A stretch of 64,000 nt of DNA, taken from positions 1-64,000 of the IMG/VR virus record IMGVR_UViG_3300048930_000242. The stretch is one strand, 5' to 3'. A program made the translations under genes and the position numbers. The notes under the pieces were generated by a model, which saw nothing but the letters and a program-made list of their open reading frames with translations, searched no databases and was not told the DNA's origin. Shown piece after piece: positions 35,489 through 45,278 of the stretch (its first letter is position 1; each line of letters starts with the position of its first letter). This DNA comes from a virus.

Positions 35489-38056
35489 TTAGATTTCTGA
35501 GACCGCCTTTGGAACCAACTCTTCGAAGATCGCTCCGGTCTTTGTTGCGGCGAAGACCAGTTCGATGAAGTTGATCGAGCGGTTTGGACGGATCAAGATC
35601 AGAGCCTTGAATTCCTGGCGATCGATAACCTCTGGAGTGTTGACTCTCTCGTCGGCGACAACCAAGAAGCCTGGGCGGCCTGGCTTGTCGGTCTGGATAC
35701 CACGGCGACCCTGAACATCTCGGAGGAACGGAGTTACCATCGAGACGAACTGAGCCTGTGTGGTCTCATCGTTGAATTCGAAGAGCAAGTACTTGGAAGC
35801 AGTAGCAATTGCCTTTTCGATGACGATGAACAGACGACGAACGTTCACTGCGCGGAAAGCCGATGGACGAAGGAGTGTGGTGCGGTCACCAAAGAGGAGA
35901 GCGCCTTCACCCTTGGTCATGACGACCGGGTTGATCGAGTAGGTGTAGAGTTCGTCACGCTGAGCCTTACCTGGGTTGAAGGCAAGACGAGTAACGTTCT
36001 TCACCGCACCGCGATTGTAACCAGCGAACGACCACCATGGATCGGCGATGTTGTCGGTAGCAGCAGCAAGACCAGCCATGTCACCGTTAAGTGGAAGCCA
36101 GCGGTACTTGTCATTGAACTGGTCGAACTGATACTTGTAGTTACCATCGAAGAATCCGTACGAGCTGTTCACATTGATATTGTCGGTGCCGTTTCCGGTG
36201 CGACGAGTGACCAGGTTCGAGACCGGATTGATTGCGTTCACGACGTCAGCCTGGTGAGGCGAGACGAAGGCGACGCAGTCCATACGGGTAGTTGCGATGT
36301 TCTCGATGACGAACTTCGAGACGGTTCCAGAAGCGCCTGCAAGCATCAACAGGTTGATGTCGAGCTCTTCTGCATCCTGGAAGACGTTGGTCCAGACCTG
36401 GATGTAGTCGTCGGCCGTTGGAGCATCACCGTCAAGACCACCAGCAAGATCAAATGGAGTGTCGCCAAAGTTCTGCGAGTAGAGCTCGGTGACTCCGGAG
36501 GTGAATCCTTCCAGGACCTTCTCATCGTTGAAATAGACGTACTTCGAGAAACTTGCAATGGAGGTTCCAATGTAGTTTGGCTGGTTGTTGGAGTCTACTC
36601 GACCGCGAACAGCGTCGACCACGAAGGTCTCAACGATGATGTCATCAAGGAAGACAACGACAGCAACCTCGTCGCGCTGACCGGCAGTGGACTCAGGACG
36701 GAACTGGAAGAGATTCTTGTAGTTCCAGTTTTCCCAAGTGGATTCCCAAGGACCGCGGTTGGTCCAGGTCACCGTTCCGTCAGTGATGGTGTCACCAACT
36801 TCTGGTGCCAAAGACCAATCTGGTTCTGCTCCAAGGCCGGATGCTCCGTCAAGGACAAGGACAACTGGTCCGACATCATGGGTGATTGGAGTGGTTCCAG
36901 AAGTAGGCCAGACCGGCTCGGTGGCACCGGCAAGAGTTCCACCAGTGACAACGCGGTAGCGGTAGCCGTTGGAAACTGACGGAGTAACGAAGTCGCCAGC
37001 TACGAGAGCGGTAAGACCTGTGCTCCATGGATCAGTCTGAGCGGTGGTTCCACCGGTGGTTGCTTCGAAGCGGTATGGATTTGCGACTTCGTCGGTTGGC
37101 TTGCGGTACACGCCAGTTGCCACAGCGGCATTTGCAGCCCAATCGGTTGGAGTGTAGGTACGACCGTCGCGGTATGCAACAGAGATTCTGTTACCAAACG
37201 CGCCAGGGTACTTGCCAATCCAGTCAGCGGACATCTGAGTCTCTCGAGTTCCCTCAAGATTCTCCCAGTCAAGCGCATTCTTCACAACCTTCGAAGACTC
37301 ATTGTCGGTTTCGTTACCGGAGCCATCAGCGATGTAGTAGGCGTTAGTTGGGCGACCGTTGATTGGACCGACGTTCTCCCAAGTGATGTCTCCGTCGGTG
37401 ATCACCGAACCAAGAGCAGTAGCATTACCCCAGTTTGGACCAGCTCCGAGCTCTTCGATTCCATCAAGAACCAAAGTAGCTGCGCCGGAAGTGATTGGAG
37501 TGGTTCCAGAAGTTGGCCAGGTTGGCTCAGGACCAACTGTCAAACCACCGACGGTAACCTTATAGCGGTAGCCATTTGGAACGGTTGGGATGACATAGTC
37601 ACCGGCGACCAAAGTGGTAACCGACCAGACGTTAACCGAGGCGTTCGCTGTCTGATAAGGAGCCGAGCCGCTGAGCGCATATGCCTTGTAACGGAATGGG
37701 AAAGCGGCCTGAGCGTCAGCAACCGGAAGAATGATGTCCCCGACGGCCTTGGTAGAAGCTGGAATCCAAGTAGTGGTATAGACACCAGGGCCGGAAGTGT
37801 TCGCTACACGAGCGACACGGATCGAAGTGGTGTACTGCAAGAAGTTCCAAACAGTGAACCAGTCTTTCGCGTTACGATCGTCTGGCAGACCATACTGGAG
37901 TTGGAAATCATCAACTCGGCCGATCAGAACAGCTTCGCCGATAGGACCCCACTGTGTATCAATTACGGTTGCGCCGATTGAAGTAGCAACAGCCGGAATG
38001 AACAGGCTGAAGTCTTTTTCAATCACATTTACGACAGGCGACAAATAAAATGGCAT
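35489..38056 (-). CDS. gp18: Tail sheath protein with inserted repeat domains
   Basis: SP.V.V.EKD, WGP, R.DC.AFVSP, PLNGDMAGL, AGYNRG, RDELY...INPV, NVRRLF, PNRSINFI. Confidence 0.97.
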   Translation of the reverse strand: MPFYLSPVVNVIEKDFSLFIPAVATSIGATVIDTQWGPIGEAVLIGRVDDFQLQYGLPDDRNAKDWFTVWNFLQYTTSIRVARVANTSGPGVYTTTWIPASTKAVGDIILPVADAQAAFPFRYKAYALSGSAPYQTANASVNVWSVTTLVAGDYVIPTVPNGYRYKVTVGGLTVGPEPTWPTSGTTPITSGAATLVLDGIEELGAGPNWGNATALGSVITDGDITWENVGPINGRPTNAYYIADGSGNETDNESSKVVKNALDWENLEGTRETQMSADWIGKYPGAFGNRISVAYRDGRTYTPTDWAANAAVATGVYRKPTDEVANPYRFEATTGGTTAQTDPWSTGLTALVAGDFVTPSVSNGYRYRVVTGGTLAGATEPVWPTSGTTPITHDVGPVVLVLDGASGLGAEPDWSLAPEVGDTITDGTVTWTNRGPWESTWENWNYKNLFQFRPESTAGQRDEVAVVVFLDDIIVETFVVDAVRGRVDSNNQPNYIGTSIASFSKYVYFNDEKVLEGFTSGVTELYSQNFGDTPFDLAGGLDGDAPTADDYIQVWTNVFQDAEELDINLLMLAGASGTVSKFVIENIATTRMDCVAFVSPHQADVVNAINPVSNLVTRRTGNGTDNINVNSSYGFFDGNYKYQFDQFNDKYRWLPLNGDMAGLAAATDNIADPWWSFAGYNRGAVKNVTRLAFNPGKAQRDELYTYSINPVVMTKGEGALLFGDRTTLLRPSAFRAVNVRRLFIVIEKAIATASKYLLFEFNDETTQAQFVSMVTPFLRDVQGRRGIQTDKPGRPGFLVVADERVNTPEVIDRQEFKALILIRPNRSINFIELVFAATKTGAIFEELVPKAVSEI

Positions 38057-38133
38057 GGATTTCTTCCTCGTTCTTGTATGGCAAATCTATGAGTTATCTA
38101 TTCACTCAACCAAAGAAAGACTGATTTGAAAGT

Positions 38134-39837
38134 CTATCCTTTGGCAAACCATTCTCTTTCGTGTCTTTCGAGATATTCGACGCCTCTTGGTCTGACGGAG
38201 AAAGTCTCTGAGATCGAAATCATTCCGCCGGTACTTGGTCTTGTTGAGATGATAGGGACGTGGATTTCTGATAGTGCTTTCGCAATGTCCGACCTATCGG
38301 ACACCGACTCTTTGAACATCTCAAGGAGGCTCTTGGTCTCAAAGGCATTTTCAAAGTGCTTTGTTCCGAAAATGAATGAGAGATTGACGAGCGGCATCAC
38401 CAGGTCATCATGGTAACCATCTTCGGCCTTGAAAGTACCTTCTTTCTCGGCGACTTCCGGCGGCCGTACAAAATGCTTCAGTTCCTCAATAGTTCTGGCG
38501 CATTTCAACTTAAACTTGCCCTTCTCGAGGAACAGTTTGAAGTTGATGCACCCGATTCTCTTTGTTCTCTTATTGACTCGAAGTCCGTAATCTCTGGACT
38601 TGTCGGCCGATGGTCTGGCCGGATCGATCTCTTGGCGAGTTCGAATCACCTTCTCGTATTCAAGATCGATTTTGAGGTATCTAACGACTTGTCGGCCAAC
38701 ATCGTTTGCCTCAACAAGGATTGGAGCGGTGTTGTAGTATGTGCCGATTCGGTAAAGAGTAGAGGCGAAGGTGATTGGGTCCATTCGGTTATCTTGGAAT
38801 GAAGCGACCTCTTCGAGCATTCCGTTCTTCATGTCAGTCAATTTGAACACATGGAACGTGGAATGGTCTTGAGCCAGGCCTTCGGAGACGTCGGCCGTGA
38901 TGCAGTAGTTCTGGTCCTTGATCGGAGCCTCGAAGACCCAGAGGCCCTCAGCAATCTCGATCGGATCTTCGGCCTTCAAAGTGGTCAGTGTGCCTGGGTT
39001 GATCAACGAGTAAGATGACCCGATGAACGAGCATTCCATTTCCTGAGCGAATTGCTCAACGGTCATCTTGCCAAGGGTGATCTTCTTCCATTCCTCATCT
39101 CGGTTTGGATGGAGTTCCCATGTCGCATCCGAGATCACGAAGCCATTGGCCGGAGAACCGACATAGAACTCGTAGAAGTGATTCAAGCCCTTCGGAGTCG
39201 AGACGAAGATCATCTGGGTCGTGTCACCGGACGTCAAAGTCGGATAGGACGAGAGGTAGAACTGGTCCCAGAGCTTCTTCGGAATGTGCGCGACTTCGTC
39301 GATGAATAGAATGTTGACCGACTTACCACGAATAGCTGATGGAGTGGTAGCCGAGGCCAGGATTCTCGAGCCATTCTCGAGACCGATCGACTTGACATTC
39401 CATCTCTTAACACCTTGCTGGAGCCAGATCGGAACCGACTCGTACATTTCCTTCACACGGTAAAGGATTTCGAAGGCGATTTCGGCCTTGTTGGCCATAA
39501 TCGAGATGAACTTCTTCTTGTTGAAGATCATGTACCAGACGAAATAGGCGGCGCATGTGGTCGACTTACCCATCTGTCGAGCCCACCGCGCGAGCACGAA
39601 TCGATTTTGGTGGATGGTTTCGATGAAGCCTTTCTGATACTCGTAGAGTTCGAATGGAACTTCACCGTGGTCGAGCGAGATGACCTTCAGATACTTCGTG
39701 ATGAAGTAGATCGGATCATTGGCGCAGAGCACGTATTCAACGGCTTGGTCCACAGTCATCTGAATCTTAACCCCAACCTGCTTAAGGTTAGGGTTATTCA
39801 TGAAGCTGTCGGATTCGTTAATTTCCCTGGATGACAT
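38134..39837 (-). CDS. gp17: Terminase large subunit
   Basis: DPIYF, RQMGKST, LENGS, IRG.S, IDEVA, STPKGLNHFY, ADVSEG, HDDLVM. Confidence 0.98.
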   Translation of the reverse strand: MSSREINESDSFMNNPNLKQVGVKIQMTVDQAVEYVLCANDPIYFITKYLKVISLDHGEVPFELYEYQKGFIETIHQNRFVLARWARQMGKSTTCAAYFVWYMIFNKKKFISIMANKAEIAFEILYRVKEMYESVPIWLQQGVKRWNVKSIGLENGSRILASATTPSAIRGKSVNILFIDEVAHIPKKLWDQFYLSSYPTLTSGDTTQMIFVSTPKGLNHFYEFYVGSPANGFVISDATWELHPNRDEEWKKITLGKMTVEQFAQEMECSFIGSSYSLINPGTLTTLKAEDPIEIAEGLWVFEAPIKDQNYCITADVSEGLAQDHSTFHVFKLTDMKNGMLEEVASFQDNRMDPITFASTLYRIGTYYNTAPILVEANDVGRQVVRYLKIDLEYEKVIRTRQEIDPARPSADKSRDYGLRVNKRTKRIGCINFKLFLEKGKFKLKCARTIEELKHFVRPPEVAEKEGTFKAEDGYHDDLVMPLVNLSFIFGTKHFENAFETKSLLEMFKESVSDRSDIAKALSEIHVPIISTRPSTGGMISISETFSVRPRGVEYLERHEREWFAKG

Positions 39838-40360
39838 CGGACTTAATCTTGCCCATCTTTCGGAGCACTTCGATCATGTCTTCGGTAGTGCCGGTCATGA
39901 AGATATTGTCACCGCTCTTCTGTTCCACAACGGTCGGCTCTTCGTTCTTCTTCTCAGGATTTGGTCTCTCTTTCGAGGCCCTGGCCGCAGCACGGTGAAT
40001 CTCAATGAGACTCTTATTGCCGGCCGTGAGCTGGGCCATCAAAGAGGCGACGGCCGAGAATCCTTCTGGATTGCCGCTCGCAATAGCCGCCGAGATCGCT
40101 TCTTGGAGCGCTTGCCCGGCCGATTCGATGATCATCTGTTGGCTCTTTCTGGCGAATGTGAAGTCGTCTAGGAGGTCTTGCTCCTCGATTGGCTTCGCTT
40201 TCTCAAGAGCGGCCGCGACCGGAACGGCCTTCGGGTCATAGGTAGAAACAGAAAGACTTGTTGATTCACCGTCTTCGGTATCGATCGGAGCTGCGTCCTT
40301 CGATGATGGTGAACCAATTGCCGAGCTGATCTGATCAAACACGACTCTTGGATTTGACAT
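39818..40360 (-). CDS. gp16: Terminase small subunit
   Basis: DDF..AR, helical core, IFMTGTTEDM; immediately upstream of gp17. Confidence 0.8.
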   Translation of the reverse strand: MSNPRVVFDQISSAIGSPSSKDAAPIDTEDGESTSLSVSTYDPKAVPVAAALEKAKPIEEQDLLDDFTFARKSQQMIIESAGQALQEAISAAIASGNPEGFSAVASLMAQLTAGNKSLIEIHRAAARASKERPNPEKKNEEPTVVEQKSGDNIFMTGTTEDMIEVLRKMGKIKSDVIQGN

Positions 40361-40361
40361 G

Positions 40362-41126
40362 TTATACGTCGATCTCTATTTGAACGTAGGAGTTGTTCTT
40401 GTCGCTCAATTCACCCGGATTTGCCCCGACGGTGATTGTCTCAAGGTCATAACGATAGTCGGTCAGAGGATTATCGATGTCGGCAATCACCTTGGTGATG
40501 ACCTTCTGCTTCTTGACCGGTGGGTAAAGCCAACCGGAGACTTCAAATGAGAAGTCCATTGTGATGGTTCGGCGCTTCGAGAATCCTTCCTCGAACGAGT
40601 CGGCCATTGTCGGAGACGAAGCCAGCGCGATTTCGATGTCGCTCCAGTGATCCAGCTCTGGAATCTCCAAGACCTTGAGATTCACGGTCGGAGAGAAGAA
40701 TGGCAGAAACTGCTCAGTGATCTGAAGGATGTCGTCCATATTCTTGGAGTAGATCGTCAGATCAAAGTTGAACTTCCATGGAACCTGCATCAGAGCGACC
40801 GATCTGACCTTTCCACCGGCTTCGTCTTCCACCACTTCATCGTATCGAAGCTGGTTAAGGCGGTTCAACGCTCTGGAAGCATCGTATGAGCCGGAATTAA
40901 ACACGAATCCCATTCTCGGAACTGGCAGAGAGGATTGATTCTCCGGGCCATCTTCAAGGCGATAATACCAATGGCTCTTGGCTCCATAACCGACAGGCAC
41001 TGAATAGATCTTACCGGAAGGACCATCATCCTTCCGGAAGATCTTCAATCCATTGAACACAGTCCCAAAGGCAACCACCAGTTTCCTGATGGTGCCATGG
41101 GAATAGTGCTGCCGCTCAAAGTTCAT
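40362..41126 (-). CDS. gp15: Tail sheath stabiliser / tail terminator
   Basis: TIRKLVVAFGTVFN, VPVGYG, PRMGF, YD..R, QITEQFLPFF.P, LYPPV. Confidence 0.93.
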   Translation of the reverse strand: MNFERQHYSHGTIRKLVVAFGTVFNGLKIFRKDDGPSGKIYSVPVGYGAKSHWYYRLEDGPENQSSLPVPRMGFVFNSGSYDASRALNRLNQLRYDEVVEDEAGGKVRSVALMQVPWKFNFDLTIYSKNMDDILQITEQFLPFFSPTVNLKVLEIPELDHWSDIEIALASSPTMADSFEEGFSKRRTITMDFSFEVSGWLYPPVKKQKVITKVIADIDNPLTDYRYDLETITVGANPGELSDKNNSYVQIEIDV

Positions 41127-41663
41127 TTAGAGATGGCATCCAAGCGGAGTTGGGTAATACAGATGGACTGCTCTGGCTAACACGATAGTGCCATTGAAGC
41201 CGAAGGTGTTCTGACTGAATGTAACCGTCAGCTGGTTCGCCACTGGGTCAAATGAATCGATTCGGACATATGAGGCAATTCCAGGGCGGCCAGGGATTCG
41301 AATCAAGAATTCGGTTCCGAAATTGACCGGATTGGTCGGGTCGAGAATGTCTCTTTCACCAGCGATCGCGGTATTTGGGTTCGACTTTGGGAACGACCCA
41401 CGGATTCCAAGGTAATTGCCGCATGTATCGACGGTGCCAGGCCACTGCGCCGGAATGAAGTACTTGCCGGAAATGACGGTCAGCGACAGGCCGATCGTCT
41501 GAGGATGAAGAGTCGGATTGACCGGAATCCAGACACCGGACACTTCATTGGTGATTGCTTGGGTAGTGACTGGAGGCAGAGTTTGGTACACCGGCTTTGC
41601 AACAGCTCCAAATGCCACAGCCAGTCCAAGTACAGCTCCGAAAATCCAATTGCGAATGCTCAT
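41127..41663 (-). CDS. Hypothetical protein with a predicted signal peptide
   Basis: MSIRNWIFGAVLGLAVAFGAVA-K. Confidence 0.6.
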   Translation of the reverse strand: MSIRNWIFGAVLGLAVAFGAVAKPVYQTLPPVTTQAITNEVSGVWIPVNPTLHPQTIGLSLTVISGKYFIPAQWPGTVDTCGNYLGIRGSFPKSNPNTAIAGERDILDPTNPVNFGTEFLIRIPGRPGIASYVRIDSFDPVANQLTVTFSQNTFGFNGTIVLARAVHLYYPTPLGCHL

Positions 41664-41675
41664 TTGTTTCTCCTG

Positions 41676-42308
41676 TTAATAGTCTCCGAATGGAGACTTC
41701 TCACTAAAATCAATGATTGGAGCGGCTTCTTCTTGTAGTAGCACGTTGTCCGCATGGTTAGGCATATGTTCTTCCGGAGTCTCCTGAAGGTCATTAAGAC
41801 CAATGGCGTCCGTAATCTCCGGAATATCTATCTTCTCTCTGGATGGCTCAATGGTTTCGCAACGGAGGACGTAGGACATTCTGGTTCCAAGAGGATAGAA
41901 CTGGCTTTCGTGTTCGACGAACTTGATCTCAAACACTTCCTTGTTCATCGGATTGTAAATGATGTCCCCATCTCGCGGGACTCTCATTCCAGTGTTCTCG
42001 GTGAAAGCCTTCGCCGAGATCTTGATTCTCATCTCATCATGAGCTCGGATGCCGAGGCGCGAGATGATGTCGCCATCTCCTTCAAAGCCATCGAATGTCT
42101 CGATCCAACCTTCAATCTCCTTGGCTTCCGAAAAGGCCGAAGAGAGGTCTTCACCGAAGAGGCGGTCCATATTGGTCAGCTCTCTCTTGGCATAGAGAAA
42201 CAAGCAGCCATGAATCTGGATCACTTCCTGGTGCATTCCACGGTACAGCTCCGGCTCCGGTGAAGGACCGTTCTGTGAGTGGAAGTTGAAGTACGGATTA
42301 AGAGGCAT
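41676..42308 (-). CDS. gp14: Neck protein
   Basis: MPLNPYF, LFGED..S.F, GFEG, PRDGDIIY.P, FEIKFVEHE..FY.LG. Confidence 0.95.
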   Translation of the reverse strand: MPLNPYFNFHSQNGPSPEPELYRGMHQEVIQIHGCLFLYAKRELTNMDRLFGEDLSSAFSEAKEIEGWIETFDGFEGDGDIISRLGIRAHDEMRIKISAKAFTENTGMRVPRDGDIIYNPMNKEVFEIKFVEHESQFYPLGTRMSYVLRCETIEPSREKIDIPEITDAIGLNDLQETPEEHMPNHADNVLLQEEAAPIIDFSEKSPFGDY

Positions 42309-42679
42309 TATGACTTCTTGAAAGATCCGGTCGTTTCGCTGAAGGTGATTGATCCGTTATTGACTCTGACGGTCAAGACGCCGCCCCACTTGAATCGAAT
42401 CTGAACTCCGCCGCCATCTCCATTGAAGAATTTCTTCCCAGAAATCGCCCAATCCGGATCATTCGCGAGTTCTTCAGCGGTATGGCCTTTCGAAACCAGC
42501 CAATCGGTAAGCGCGGTGCTGAATGATTTAGCGACATCAGCGTTGTGAATAGCCTTATTCACCGACTTCTTAACTTCTTCAACCCACTGAGCATAATCTT
42601 TCGCGATAGATCGCTCGGCATTTTTCCATGTTGGCTGAATCTCCGCAGATTCAAACAATAGACCGATTAGTCCTTCCAT
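42308..42679 (-). CDS. Hypothetical protein, possible internal protein
   Basis: MEGLIGLLFE-S. Confidence 0.6.
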   Translation of the reverse strand: MEGLIGLLFESAEIQPTWKNAERSIAKDYAQWVEEVKKSVNKAIHNADVAKSFSTALTDWLVSKGHTAEELANDPDWAISGKKFFNGDGGGVQIRFKWGGVLTVRVNNGSITFSETTGSFKKS

Positions 42680-42693
42680 CTTTGATTCTCCGT

Positions 42694-43494
42694 TTATTCG
42701 CCAGTTGCTACAATTCTGCAGAACCTAAGGAAATCCTTATAGGCCTGCGAGTTAAGTGGGATTGACATTCCAACTCTTTCCTTGTTTCTTCCGACCATAT
42801 AGACGTCGATAGACTCAGGATAGTACTCAAGAGTCAAAGCTCCGCCATCGGCTTTCACTACAGCTCTGGCCTTCCCCTCAGTCTTCAGCTTCTTAGGACT
42901 TGGTGCTTTCATCAATTCTTCAACTAGGCTTTCCATTTTCGATTCTCCGATTTGAATTGGTGGTTCATAAGGTGCTTGAGTATCTCCATGTGTCAGCCAG
43001 TTTCGGAGACCCTTGATTGTGGTTTCGTCGATGGTTCCAAGTCCTTTCCATCCAGGAGTGAAGTTGATCAGATAGCCGGCTCTGGCCGAGTTGAGATCAC
43101 AATAGCCGATCATGACCTTATGCTCATCGAACTCGCCGAATCGCTCACCATCGACTCTGATCTGATTCACAATGAAGACAGGGCATTTTGGATTCTCGCA
43201 GTCTGGACCAAGGAAGCAATCGACATGACCGCCGTCGGCACCGACTGTGCCTTTGAAGTAACCATAATGAGCGGACATTGTGACAGCCCAACTCTTTCCG
43301 GTTGGATCTACTCCACGACGAACTGAGCCAAGCGGATTCTCAATTGAGATCGACATTCCATGAAGGCGGATAGAACCCTTCTTGTAGTTGCCGGCTCTCT
43401 TCTGAGCGGCCGTCGGTTGTGGAGTGTCATTCAGCGGAGAAGTGGCCGCCGAATGCGCCAGATCTCGAAGACACATTTCTTGGAAAAGTTTCAC
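42694..43494 (-). CDS. InPase (inorganic pyrophosphatase-like) domain protein
   Basis: PT.AQK.AGNYKKG, ISIENP.GS.R.G.D..GK.W, HYGY..GT.GADG.HVD, FDEHKVM.G. Confidence 0.85.
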   Translation of the reverse strand: MKLFQEMCLRDLAHSAATSPLNDTPQPTAAQKRAGNYKKGSIRLHGMSISIENPLGSVRRGVDPTGKSWAVTMSAHYGYFKGTVGADGGHVDCFLGPDCENPKCPVFIVNQIRVDGERFGEFDEHKVMIGYCDLNSARAGYLINFTPGWKGLGTIDETTIKGLRNWLTHGDTQAPYEPPIQIGESKMESLVEELMKAPSPKKLKTEGKARAVVKADGGALTLEYYPESIDVYMVGRNKERVGMSIPLNSQAYKDFLRFCRIVATGE

Positions 43495-43495
43495 G

Positions 43496-43825
43496 TTATT
43501 GAGTGATCATCACTGTCGATTTTCCGTCATCCCGACGATCACCGATCTCATATTGAAAATCCACTTCAAGGAGTTCATCGCCGATCATTTTAGCACCCAT
43601 ATCGTAGACGCTAAGATAAGTTGCTTTGTTTATCCCCATAGCATTTCTGAACCAAGTTACTAACGAACTCACGTCGTCCTTTTCGCTGTTAACGGATGAG
43701 GCAATATCACGAAGAGAATCAAATGGAAGCTTCACTCCTTCTTGCCATTTAGCAACTCTCTTAAGGCGCATAGCAAATTCAGAGCCCTTGGCTTCGTTAA
43801 CTTGAAACTGTTCAAATGTTTTCAT
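43496..43825 (-). CDS. Putative internal head protein
   Basis: MKTFEQFQVNE-A, close to the T4 IP capsid-targeting sequence. Confidence 0.7.
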   Translation of the reverse strand: MKTFEQFQVNEAKGSEFAMRLKRVAKWQEGVKLPFDSLRDIASSVNSEKDDVSSLVTWFRNAMGINKATYLSVYDMGAKMIGDELLEVDFQYEIGDRRDDGKSTVMITQ

Positions 43826-43828
43826 CAG

Positions 43829-44581
43829 TTATCCCCGGAAAATTCCGTACGGTAGTTGGTACTTGAGAGTGAATGACTCTTCGAGCTTGTCGATTTCGGC
43901 CTGAGCCTCTTCCCAGATCTTCTGACCCTGGACCGTCACACCGCCGGCCATCTGGACGCCTTCGTACTTCTTGAGATTCTCGCCCCACTGGCGTTTGACA
44001 AGTTGAGTGGCGTAGTCCTTAATCCATTTCTCATTGAAAAGATTCGGTGAATTCTCTGGAGTCCTGGAGACCAAGCATGTCATGATAATGAAGTTGGTCG
44101 CCAGAATTTGGTGAGACGGCACCTTGACCAATCCATTGATCTTGTCAACTTGGTAATTGATTGGGCGATTGAAGTACCGCTGAAGGAGTGAAAGGTACTC
44201 CATCGTGACATGATAATTCTTCAGGTCATGGCTTTGGCCATTGTTCGTAGAGATTCTGAAGAATTCGGACTGAGAGATCAGATAATTGAGGCGCTCGAAT
44301 TCCTCGGAAGATGAAGTCTCACCTTCCGAGAGGTTGAAAATCTTGTTGATGTGAACTACGTCTTGAGGAAGCGGAAACGACTGAGTCGCCTCGTCGGCAT
44401 CTGTGAAGTCCACTCTGAAGATTTTCTCGGTGACACCGTCATGGTGCCTCTCCACAAAGTAGAGAATGGCATCATCGATTCGGTCACGCAGCTGCTGGTC
44501 CTCCACTTCGTTCTTGATGACCGGGGAGCCAAGGCGCCGTAGAATATAACCGGCCAGATCTTCGTAAGAGGAGAGAGCCAT
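43829..44581 (-). CDS. gp13: Neck protein
   Basis: YILRRLGSPVI..EV, IDDA..YF.E.H.DG, WIKDYAT..VKRQWGENLKKY.G....GGVT. Confidence 0.96.
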   Translation of the reverse strand: MALSSYEDLAGYILRRLGSPVIKNEVEDQQLRDRIDDAILYFVERHHDGVTEKIFRVDFTDADEATQSFPLPQDVVHINKIFNLSEGETSSSEEFERLNYLISQSEFFRISTNNGQSHDLKNYHVTMEYLSLLQRYFNRPINYQVDKINGLVKVPSHQILATNFIIMTCLVSRTPENSPNLFNEKWIKDYATQLVKRQWGENLKKYEGVQMAGGVTVQGQKIWEEAQAEIDKLEESFTLKYQLPYGIFRG

Positions 44582-44877
44582 TACTTGGTTTCTTCCTTTG
44601 GTTTAGCGATGAATGGAGCCAGAGCGGCGCGGAGCATGTCGGCATGGCTCTTCAGAATCTGTAGGCTTTGCGCGTAGGCCTTGGCTACTTCTTCGTCGGA
44701 AGAGTCCTTGCTCAAGGCCGACACCGGCAGATAAGGCTCTTCGATGTCTTCAGCTTTTGGCGGGTCTTGGTGGACCGGAACGGCCACAGAAATCACTTGA
44801 GGGTCTGGTCTGGTTGCCTTATCACCGCAACCAACAAGTGCCAAGGAGAGGGCTAGAGCGGCTAGTAGGCGGTTCAC
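44581..44877 (-). CDS. o-spanin lipoprotein (Rz1-like)
   Basis: GTG start overlapping the i-spanin stop; lipobox LVGC; Pro-rich. Confidence 0.8.
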   Translation of the reverse strand: MNRLLAALALSLALVGCGDKATRPDPQVISVAVPVHQDPPKAEDIEEPYLPVSALSKDSSDEEVAKAYAQSLQILKSHADMLRAALAPFIAKPKEETK

Positions 44878-45278
44878 TTGGTGATCTCCTGTGCTCGGTC
44901 GATCATCCAATCGAACTTGGCCTCGCAGGAGGCCGGGACCGGAACTCTTCCAAGGTGGTCCAGTGCCTTGTCACGCTCCTGACGGATCTTCCGGATCTTG
45001 GCCTTGGATTCTTCGACTTCAGCAGCGAGCTCTTCATTCTTGGACTTGAGTTCCTCAATGCCGAGATTCTGCTGATCGATTCCATACTCTAGATTCATTG
45101 TAAGATTTTCACATGCCGTCACCTTAGCAGTCAATGCTGTAATGGTCTCAGATTGCTCTTTGATTGTGCCGACCATCGATGTATACTTGAAGTAACCAAC
45201 GGTGCCAAGAGTAAGGCCAATGGCCGCTATAACGGACAGAATGATGAGCTTTGGAGAGAAAGTGAATGGAATGAACAT
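44874..45278 (-). CDS. i-spanin (Rz-like)
   Basis: N-terminal TM, coiled coil, C-terminal Cys. Confidence 0.8.
   Translation of the reverse strand: MFIPFTFSPKLIILSVIAAIGLTLGTVGYFKYTSMVGTIKEQSETITALTAKVTACENLTMNLEYGIDQQNLGIEELKSKNEELAAEVEESKAKIRKIRQERDKALDHLGRVPVPASCEAKFDWMIDRAQEITK

Noticed and set aside
10893-43235. Systematic T-to-C editing or modification-induced miscalls (TAT>CAT in gp43, ATG>ACG in gp19, GAT>GGT in InPase)
   Set aside because: Only three anecdotal sites; cannot be separated from true divergence or assembly error without reads
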